This document shows, one piece after another, positions 1-6,177 of a DNA stretch of 45,573 nt (positions are counted from its first letter, which is position 1; each line of letters opens with the position of its first letter). The DNA comes from a virus. The translations under genes were made by a program, and so were the position numbers. The stretch covers positions 1 to 45,573 of the IMG/VR virus record IMGVR_UViG_3300035156_000171; one strand, 5' to 3'. The notes beneath the pieces were generated by a model. That model ran no database searches. It was not told where the DNA came from and saw only the letters and a list, made by a program, of their open reading frames with translations.

Positions 1-127
1 CGAGCTGGCCGTAAAGCTGACGAAGGACGGACAGAACGTCATCTCCGGCGAGGGCGTCGAGGGGCGGCTCGTCGCCAAGCGTGCGGCCGAACTCGCGGGC
101 TACACGTTCGGGTTGCCGCTGGGGCAG
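1..127. repeat. Terminal direct repeat copy A (identical to 45447..45573)
   Basis: Base-by-base identity of cgagctggccgtaaagctgacg...ggttgccgctggggcag at both window ends. Confidence 0.95.
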
Positions 128-235
128 GCGGTGGGCATCGGCTCGAATGTGTGGCAAGGGATGGAGCAAGGCGACTTGAAGGCGAAAGACATTTTGTTCA
201 GTCGCCGGTCGTTTGGTGACACGCGCGACCAATAG
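1..235 (+). CDS. C-terminal end of the same giant ORF (reading frame starts at nt 2; non-redundant part is 128..235)
   Basis: Frame 2 translates ELAVKLTKDGQNVISGEGVEGRLVAKRAAELAGYTFGLPLGQAVGIGSNVWQGMEQGDLKAKDILFSRRSFGDTRDQ* with TAG at 233..235. It is in phase with the frame at the window end. Confidence 0.85.
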   Translation, partial: ELAVKLTKDGQNVISGEGVEGRLVAKRAAELAGYTFGLPLGQAVGIGSNVWQGMEQGDLKAKDILFSRRSFGDTRDQ

Positions 236-1511
236 CGGGGACGACATGCTGCGATACGAAGTTACTCCAGCCGCTCGGAAACTGCTCGACTTCATCGGCA
301 AGACCGAAGCGCCACGCGGGTTCGACACGGTGTTTGGCAACAAGCCGATGCCGCGCCCGCTTACGACGATGACGTTCGACGAAGTGGTGAGAGATGGCCC
401 GCGCCGGACCCGAGAGTATGGGTCTTCGGCGGCGGGGCGTTTCCAGTTCATGCGAGACACGCTCGACGCCAAGTCGACGACTGCCGACCTCAAGGGCGAA
501 ATGGGCCTAACCGGGTCCGAGCTTTTCAACGCGGATTTGCAGACGCAGATGGGAATTCATCTGCTCAAGCGGCGCGGGTTCGACAAGTTTATGTCGGGCC
601 GCATGGGCGTGAACGCTTTTGCCCTGAACCTCGCGAAGGAGTGGGCGTCGTTCCCGGTCCTGGCGAATTGCAAGGGCGCGCACCGTCAGGTGAAGCGCGG
701 GCAGAGCTACTATGTCGGCGACGGCCAGAACAAGGCCCTGGTGAAGCCGGAGGCGGTCGAGGCGCTGCTTAACTCGATCCGACCGGCGTCGGCCGCGCCG
801 ACCGTCTCCCCGGTGCCGATCGCGATCCCGAGTGAGCCCGCCGATTTGCCCAGTGTGCAAACTGTGTCCGTGGACACCAACCCTCCTGCGCTGCCCTGGT
901 GGGCTCGCTGGGTCGGGATCGAACCGGCCCGGCCGGTTGGCGCGGAACGGCCCGGCCTTGCCCCTGACGGCGATCCTGCGCTGTGGGATGCGCAAGCGGC
1001 GCTCGACCGGCTCGGCTACGGCCCCGGCCTTCTCGACGGCCTGATGGGCAAGCGGACTAAGACAGCCATATGGGAGGCTCGCGAGCGGAACGGCCTGCCC
1101 GAGGGCAACCACTTCGACGAAGCGTTCAAGGCGGCGCTTCCCGGAATGAAGCCCGCTGTGGTTTCCATTCAGCGGGCCGAGGCCAAGAGGCCCGAGGTGA
1201 AGCAACGCGCGCCCGAAACCGTCAAGCAGCTCGACGGCATCGGCCTAATCGGCAAGGTGATCCTTGGCGCGTCGGGGGTTGGTGCCGTTGACGCGGCCGG
1301 AGCGTTGGACCAGTTCAAGGCCGTTGCTTCGCAGGCTTCCGAAACCCTCGACAGTATTCAGACGGTGTTCTCCGTCATCACAAGGTTCGTCTCATGGTCG
1401 ATCGCGCATTGGTGGGTGTACGGCATCCTCGCGGGAATTTGGATTATCTGGAAAGCCTTTCTGGCATACCTTCGGGTTCAGGCGCTGGTGCGACAAGGGA
1501 GGCTCGGCTAA
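213..1511 (+). CDS. Endolysin: lambda-R-like lytic transglycosylase domain, Pro-rich linker, PG_binding_1-like domain and a C-terminal hydrophobic anchor
   Basis: GKTEAPRGFDTVFG, SSAAGRFQFM and KEWASFP resemble lambda R WSEGTDNG, STGAGRYQLL and NIWASLP. LDRLGYGPGLLDGLMGKRTKTAIWEARERNGL is PG-binding-like. The C-terminus is HWWVYGILAGIWIIWKAFLAYL. The start is ambiguous (TTG 213 or ATG 246). Confidence 0.8.
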   Translation: MVTRATNSGDDMLRYEVTPAARKLLDFIGKTEAPRGFDTVFGNKPMPRPLTTMTFDEVVRDGPRRTREYGSSAAGRFQFMRDTLDAKSTTADLKGEMGLTGSELFNADLQTQMGIHLLKRRGFDKFMSGRMGVNAFALNLAKEWASFPVLANCKGAHRQVKRGQSYYVGDGQNKALVKPEAVEALLNSIRPASAAPTVSPVPIAIPSEPADLPSVQTVSVDTNPPALPWWARWVGIEPARPVGAERPGLAPDGDPALWDAQAALDRLGYGPGLLDGLMGKRTKTAIWEARERNGLPEGNHFDEAFKAALPGMKPAVVSIQRAEAKRPEVKQRAPETVKQLDGIGLIGKVILGASGVGAVDAAGALDQFKAVASQASETLDSIQTVFSVITRFVSWSIAHWWVYGILAGIWIIWKAFLAYLRVQALVRQGRLG

Positions 1512-1969
1512 TGGAAAATGGGTACGGACCATTCGCGCTGAGGAACACTCGGTGGCTTGAGCTTAATTATGGTCTGTGCCTGTTTGGCTGGGGCGGAAAT
1601 ATGTTGTTCTCTCAGAACAACATTGCTGCTTATCAGTTGATGTCGACCGTCATGCCCGAAAGCAGGTGGGGGCTTCTGGCGGTATCAATATCTCTTCTTC
1701 GCATAATCGGTCTCTGGATCAACGGATGGTGGAGGAGAACACCGATCCTTCGCCTTGTCGGCTCCCTACTTAGCGCGATGATGTGGGCTGCGATTGCCGG
1801 CATGATGTGGACGGCGGCTGCGGCGACGGGCGCGGCTCTGCCGGGCGGCTTCGTGTGGTATGCGGTTTTCCTAGCCGGCGAGGTGGTTTGCTGCCTCGCT
1901 ACGGGATACGATATGCACAGGCTTGGTTCGCTATCGGCGGGAGTACCGCGTAAGCATGTCACCCGTTGA
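1511..1969 (+). CDS. Holin-like membrane protein (152 aa, about 4 predicted TM segments)
   Basis: ATG 1511 overlaps the endolysin TAA (TAATG). Hydrophobic segments include LLAVSISLLRIIGLWI, LVGSLLSAMMWAAIAGMMW and FVWYAVFLAGEVVCCL. It sits immediately after the endolysin. Confidence 0.55.
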   Translation: MENGYGPFALRNTRWLELNYGLCLFGWGGNMLFSQNNIAAYQLMSTVMPESRWGLLAVSISLLRIIGLWINGWWRRTPILRLVGSLLSAMMWAAIAGMMWTAAAATGAALPGGFVWYAVFLAGEVVCCLATGYDMHRLGSLSAGVPRKHVTR

Positions 1970-2372
1970 AGCGAAGGCCTGGGCCGATATCGTTATAAGC
2001 ATCGTTGTCGCCGTTGGCGGCGGCGGCACAGTCGCGGCCGTAATCGGCTACATGAAGTCGAAGCGCGAGCCTCCAGCGCATATCGCTCCCCCGACGCCTG
2101 CGGGCGGGATCGCGCAACAGATCGGCGGAATGGTCCTTTCGCAGACGGCCGTCGAGGGGATCACGGCGGCCCTCAATGCCCTTGCGGTGGCGTACACCGC
2201 TCACACCCTCCAGTGCGCGGCCGACAACAAGTCCAGGCGCGAGGAGATGGAAGCGCAGCGCAAGCATGAGCGCGATCTTGCGAGCGACGCGCAGCGCGAG
2301 ATGAAGACGTTAAACGACCATCTCGACACGCTCGGAACCCGCATCAAGAATATGCCGGGGTGCGGTGCCTAG
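1956..2372 (+). CDS. N-terminal TM plus coiled-coil protein (138 aa), i-spanin/Rz-like or holin accessory
   Basis: ATG 1956. TM segment WADIVISIVVAVGGGGTVAAVIGY followed by charged helical REEMEAQRKHERDLASDAQREMKTLNDHLDTL. Last gene of the rightward block. Confidence 0.45.
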   Translation: MSPVEAKAWADIVISIVVAVGGGGTVAAVIGYMKSKREPPAHIAPPTPAGGIAQQIGGMVLSQTAVEGITAALNALAVAYTAHTLQCAADNKSRREEMEAQRKHERDLASDAQREMKTLNDHLDTLGTRIKNMPGCGA

Positions 2373-2752
2373 TTCCGCAGGCTGCGCGCGGCGATCCCGT
2401 TCTCGACAGCGGCGCGGTGTGCGTCTATTTTGCCGCCCATGATCTCGACGCGAAGTGGCAGCAGGCCATCGTGGATCGCGGCGTATTCGCGCCAGGACTT
2501 GCGGCCCGCGCGCTGCCTCTCGTCTTCCTGACGCCATTCGAGGGCGAGGCGGCAGACGATCGTCCAGAGCCCGCGCGCCTTGGCAAGGCCGCGCTCGTAC
2601 CGCACCATCATGAACAGGTCGTATAGCTGAGCGCCGCGCGTCATGCGCCGATTGTTGAACGCCTTGCGGCACTCGACGGCGCAGAATGAATTCGTGTCGC
2701 GGTCGCGCTTGGCGGTGAAAGGCAGGCCGCATTCCCGGCAGTTCGTGCACAT
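2369..2752 (-). CDS. Zinc-ribbon protein (127 aa), function unknown
   Basis: Internal ATG 2752 with GGGGACGGA upstream. N-terminus is MCTNCRECG...FCAVECRK (CxxC...CxxxC). It lies 57 bp downstream of palindrome copy 1. Confidence 0.6.
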   Translation of the reverse strand: MCTNCRECGLPFTAKRDRDTNSFCAVECRKAFNNRRMTRGAQLYDLFMMVRYERGLAKARGLWTIVCRLALEWRQEDERQRAGRKSWREYAAIHDGLLPLRVEIMGGKIDAHRAAVENGIAARSLRN

Positions 2753-2808
2753 TGATCCGTCCCCACGGTATCGGCTAGTCGCCAGCCGCGGGGACGGTGT
2801 AGGTGGTA

Positions 2809-2825
2809 GTTGACAGCGTGTCAAC
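2809..2825 (-). promoter_or_regulatory. Palindrome copy 1, GTTGACAGCGTGTCAAC (TTGACA -35-like on both strands): putative promoter/operator
   Basis: Perfect 7-N3-7 inverted repeat between the stop at 2828 and the start at 2752. On the minus strand, TACACC lies 17 nt after TTGACA. Confidence 0.55.
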
Positions 2826-2827
2826 AG

Positions 2828-3250
2828 CTACGCGACGCGACGGCTCCGGCGGCCGGTGGCGACCTCCTCGATCGCTTCGGACTGCTGATCTCCCTCGGAC
2901 TGAACCTCGATCACGGCGTCATCGGCTTCTTCGCCGATCCGGTCATGATGCGTGCCGTTCACGCTTACGCGCGATGGCTCCTCCTCGGTCGCGCCACCGC
3001 TGCCCGGCCCGGTGGACTGCGTGTCGACCGTCTCGGGCATGGTCGCCGGGGTCTCGGGCTTCTCGCGGCTCGTGTAGCGGTGGTCGACGCCGATCACGAC
3101 AGCGCCGGCCGTCGCCAGCTTGTCGAGCGTGCCGTAATCCTTGGCCGCCTGGATCGCGGTCGCCTTCGCCGTAGTGTCGTTCAAGTCCTTCGGGTTCACG
3201 GGAAGAAACATCTTCACCGTGAGGGCGTACCCCTGTTCGCGCTTTGCCAT
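2828..3250 (-). CDS. Hypothetical protein (140 aa, acidic C-terminal half)
   Basis: ORF in the track, GC3-rich, in the leftward gene array. Confidence 0.6.
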   Translation of the reverse strand: MAKREQGYALTVKMFLPVNPKDLNDTTAKATAIQAAKDYGTLDKLATAGAVVIGVDHRYTSREKPETPATMPETVDTQSTGPGSGGATEEEPSRVSVNGTHHDRIGEEADDAVIEVQSEGDQQSEAIEEVATGRRSRRVA

Positions 3251-3280
3251 GTCATCGGTTCCTGTGCTGATTTGCGGTGA

Positions 3281-3457
3281 TTACGAGCGCGCGGTGCGCG
3301 TCCGATTGAACTGTTCTTTTTCGCCCTCCGGCTGGTAGCCCTCGCGCTTGTCGCGCCAGTATTTCCAGCCTTGATTGGCGTGAGGACGGCCCATGCGGGC
3401 CTCTTTCCTGTACGCGGGCCTATACGATCCGGCCCGGCGCGGGTTTTTCTCTCCCAT
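3281..3457 (-). CDS. Small basic protein (58 aa), below the ORF-track cut-off
   Basis: ATG 3457 overlaps the upstream TGA (TGATG). Translates MGEKNPRRAGSYRPAYRKEARMGRPHANQGWKYWRDKREGYQPEGEKEQFNRTRTARS*. Confidence 0.45.
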   Translation of the reverse strand: MGEKNPRRAGSYRPAYRKEARMGRPHANQGWKYWRDKREGYQPEGEKEQFNRTRTARS

Positions 3458-4098
3458 CAAATGTACTCCTTTTCGGCCGGACTATCCGCGCCGTTCTCTC
3501 CTCTGACCTCGCCCGGCTCCGGGTCGCGATCGGGATTTCCATCGACGGCCTGGGCCGCCTGATTAAGTTCGTGCGAGATGGCGTCGAGCGCCGTGTTCGC
3601 GCGAGGGTCTAGGCCAGACCGGAATGCGACAAGAGCCGCGACCCCCTTGCCGGCCTCTGCCCTAGCGGCGGCGAACAAGCGATCCCGGCTGCTCGTCTTC
3701 GCCTCGGCAGCGATGGGCTTGACCGTGTACGGCGAGCGCTTGGCCCGCGTCACGGTCAGGGCCATCGTCACGTCGCGCTCGATGTCTGAGACGTGGCTGA
3801 TCCGAATGCCGCCGACTTTCATGCCGCCGAACATCACGTCTTTATCGCAATACAGCGTCATGCGCCGCCCGGCATAGGACGCGCCGTCCGCGCCCCACAC
3901 CGATATGAGAACGCGCCGCATCGACTTGCACGGCTTGTAGGGCTTGCCGTTGTCGCCCTCGAAACTGATCGCGACAGGCTGATCGGGGTCAGAGGCGCGA
4001 GAGACCTTTACGACCTTGATCGTGCGCGGGCCGGCGATCAAGTCGTCGGCGTTGAGTTGGTCGCTCTTGGGAGCGATGGTTTGGGATAGATCAGTCAT
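3457..4098 (-). CDS. Conserved-looking phage protein (213 aa), candidate single-strand annealing or ssDNA-binding partner of the exonuclease
   Basis: Overlaps the exonuclease stop. Core sequence is KPCKSMRRVLISVWG...MFGGMKVGGIRISHV. I cannot name a family. Confidence 0.6.
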   Translation of the reverse strand: MTDLSQTIAPKSDQLNADDLIAGPRTIKVVKVSRASDPDQPVAISFEGDNGKPYKPCKSMRRVLISVWGADGASYAGRRMTLYCDKDVMFGGMKVGGIRISHVSDIERDVTMALTVTRAKRSPYTVKPIAAEAKTSSRDRLFAAARAEAGKGVAALVAFRSGLDPRANTALDAISHELNQAAQAVDGNPDRDPEPGEVRGENGADSPAEKEYI

Positions 4099-4790
4099 AC
4101 GACGATGTCCTGAATTTTGCGCTCGGTCGGCACGGCTTTCGACGAAAGGACGGCTTCTTCATATTTTAAACGGGCAAGATGAAGCCTCTCCTCGAAACCT
4201 GCGGCAGCGTGTAGGATCGCCGACTGCACATTGTCATCGGGATACGCGCGTATCACGGCCATCGGCAGGCCGCCGGAATACGAGACCACGTCGCACCACG
4301 CCCGCTCTGTGACAAGCAGTCCGGTCTGAACCTGAAGCATGAATTCAGCAGGAACGGTGCCGTCGTACACGTCGACAACGAACGTCTCGACCTGATACTT
4401 TTGCCGCCGTGACTTGGCCTCGACAAGGCCGTCCTCGCTCACGATCGCGTCCGGCGAATAGCCGATCGTGAAGCCCCATTGGTCGTTCGTGATGAAACCG
4501 ACCCGCTCGATTGGGCTGTGGCGTTCGGAGTAGATGCGAAGCGCCTCGACCTCGTCCTCGATACCGCGAAGCATGTCGAAACTGACGTAATGCGGCTCGA
4601 CATATTTCGTAATCCGCTGGGCCAGCAACTCATACAGGTGCGAACGCTCCTTTTCGTTGCTCGCAATCTTGAGCGTTGGCGTAAGGATCAAATTCATTTC
4701 GCTCGCCGTGAGCAATCCGCAACGCGCGGCAAGCCATTCGTCCGACCCCTGCACTAGGTCGGCGTGAATCGTGATGTGAGAGCCGTTCAT
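4095..4790 (-). CDS. YqaJ / lambda-exonuclease-like PD-(D/E)xK recombination exonuclease (231 aa)
   Basis: GSDEWLAARCGLLTASE (YqaJ N-terminal signature) and YSPDAIV..DGLVEAKS..Q (D...ExK). Internal ATG 4790 overlaps the upstream stop. Confidence 0.8.
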   Translation of the reverse strand: MNGSHITIHADLVQGSDEWLAARCGLLTASEMNLILTPTLKIASNEKERSHLYELLAQRITKYVEPHYVSFDMLRGIEDEVEALRIYSERHSPIERVGFITNDQWGFTIGYSPDAIVSEDGLVEAKSRRQKYQVETFVVDVYDGTVPAEFMLQVQTGLLVTERAWCDVVSYSGGLPMAVIRAYPDDNVQSAILHAAAGFEERLHLARLKYEEAVLSSKAVPTERKIQDIVV

Positions 4791-5047
4791 CACAGGCCCT
4801 CCACAGGCGCGTATTCTATAGACAAGGAAAACTTGAAGCCACCTTCCATCATGGCAGACCACGCCTCGCGAAGCGCATCGACGGCGGTTGGCCCTCGACC
4901 CGTCGCTTTGACCTCAAGCGCGCGATCCCGGAACGACACCGCCGCAGACCACCTTATCTCAGGCGAGATGTAGCTTTCGCTATGTCGCATAAGGGCGAAG
5001 TCGCCGCCGTGACGGTCGATCGTATCGAAAATTTCCTCAAAGTTCAT
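4790..5047 (-). CDS. Hypothetical protein (85 aa), first gene of the leftward recombination block
   Basis: ATG 5047, 42 bp from palindrome copy 2. GC3-rich. Confidence 0.6.
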   Translation of the reverse strand: MNFEEIFDTIDRHGGDFALMRHSESYISPEIRWSAAVSFRDRALEVKATGRGPTAVDALREAWSAMMEGGFKFSLSIEYAPVEGL

Positions 5048-5088
5048 GGCCTTGCCTTTCAGTGTCCCCGCCGCCATTTGCACCGATA

Positions 5089-5105
5089 GTTGACAGCGTG
5101 TCAAC
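5089..5105. promoter_or_regulatory. Palindrome copy 2, GTTGACAGCGTGTCAAC, in the 78-bp divergent intergenic region: shared back-to-back -35 elements / operator
   Basis: Lies between leftward ATG 5047 and rightward ATG 5126. Minus strand: TTGACA-17 nt-GCAAAT. Plus strand: TTGACA-16 to 18 nt-GATATGCG, ending 6-8 nt before ATG 5126. Confidence 0.6.
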
Positions 5106-5125
5106 GCGCTTGATATGCGTGGCTC

Positions 5126-5437
5126 ATGAGCATCGAGAACACCCCAGCCGGTCGGCTTGTCGCCCTGTTCGCGGAACCCGGAGCCGGTGGGCAGCACGGC
5201 CACGGCCTGGCTAGATTTTGCGAAGCTTCCGGTCTGCACAAGTCGACCGTATCGCGGTGGCTCTCGACGACAGCCAAGCGTGCGACGGCGGGGCAAATAC
5301 CCGATCGGTTCCACGCGGACGTGATTGCCGCCGTCGACAAGGCGGGTATGCCTCGATCCGTGCTGCGCCCGATCCTGCCGGCCGTGTCGACCTGCCCACG
5401 GTGTGGGTCGGCTATCGCGCCGGGGCAGCGGGCGTGA
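5126..5437 (+). CDS. Cro/YdaS-like helix-turn-helix regulator (103 aa)
   Basis: GLHKSTVSRWL HTH-like segment. No Shine-Dalgarno upstream, so possibly leaderless. First gene of the rightward island, next to the palindrome. Confidence 0.6.
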   Translation: MSIENTPAGRLVALFAEPGAGGQHGHGLARFCEASGLHKSTVSRWLSTTAKRATAGQIPDRFHADVIAAVDKAGMPRSVLRPILPAVSTCPRCGSAIAPGQRA

Positions 5438-6177
5438 TCCATTACCACGGGACGCCCATCTCACCGGCTGATGTTTTTCTGACGCTCCGAGGCCGTCATT
5501 TCTGCGTGTCGCATGCGCAGCCGCAGGACATCGAGCGCGCGCACAAGGTTGGGCAAGGCGTCATGCTCGACAACGGGGCTTTTACGAAGTGGAAGAAAAA
5601 CCGGCCGACCGATTGGCCGTCGTTCTACGAGTGGTGCGATAGATGGCTCGCGCACCCGAACACATGGGCTGTGATCCCTGACGTCATCGACGCTGGGGCG
5701 CAGCTACAGGACGCTCTTTTGCGCGAATGGCCGTTCGGGCATCGGGGCGCACCCGTCTGGCATATGGACGAGCCGCTTGGCCGGCTGTCCAAGCTCACCC
5801 TCGAATGGCCGCGCGTGTGCATCGGATCGACTGCGGAATTCGCTCGCGTGTTGTCTGATCCTTGGCGCGGCCGGATGGATGAATGTTGGAACGAGCTGGC
5901 CCGGCATCATCGACGCACGCCTCCGGTTCACATGCTCCGGGGGATGCAGTGCTCTGGCCGCGAGTGGCCGTTCGCGAGTGTCGACAGCTCTGACATCGCG
6001 CAAAATCACAACCGCCCGTACAACACCGCGCTCGACATGGCGAACCGCTGGGACGCGATGCAATGCCCTGGCGCGTGGTTGCCGCCGGAGGATCGCAAGC
6101 TGTTCGCCCTCGGGCGCGCGCCTCGATCGGCGAAAGAGCGCTTCGATCATTATGCAGCGATGGCTTCCGAGATATGA
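5434..6177 (+). CDS. DpdA-like (TGT-fold) putative 7-deazaguanine DNA transglycosylase (247 aa)
   Basis: GTG 5434 overlaps the upstream TGA. The blocks HYHGTP, VMLDNGAFTKW, FYEW, AVIPDVIDAG and APVWHMDE resemble the DSGAFS, LDVIGD and PVFH blocks I recall from phage DpdA proteins. This rests on recollection only. Confidence 0.45.
   Translation: MIHYHGTPISPADVFLTLRGRHFCVSHAQPQDIERAHKVGQGVMLDNGAFTKWKKNRPTDWPSFYEWCDRWLAHPNTWAVIPDVIDAGAQLQDALLREWPFGHRGAPVWHMDEPLGRLSKLTLEWPRVCIGSTAEFARVLSDPWRGRMDECWNELARHHRRTPPVHMLRGMQCSGREWPFASVDSSDIAQNHNRPYNTALDMANRWDAMQCPGAWLPPEDRKLFALGRAPRSAKERFDHYAAMASEI

Noticed and set aside
1-127. The 127-nt terminal repeat as a genuine phage direct terminal repeat
   Set aside because: It lies in the middle of an essential-looking ORF, and its length equals a common assembler k-mer. 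It is most simply an assembly overlap, though this cannot be proven from sequence alone.
2040-2372. Embedded o-spanin (Rz1-like lipoprotein) inside the Rz-like gene
   Set aside because: The only out-of-frame ATGs (2176, 2266) give Cys-free peptides without a lipobox. The downstream ORF 2360..2626 lacks a lipobox and overlaps the leftward zinc-ribbon gene.
5218-5433. N-terminal extension of the DpdA-like ORF (track start 5218)
   Set aside because: The extension lies out of frame over the HTH gene and is Arg-rich. GTG 5434 overlaps the HTH stop (GTGA), and the recognisable protein begins there.
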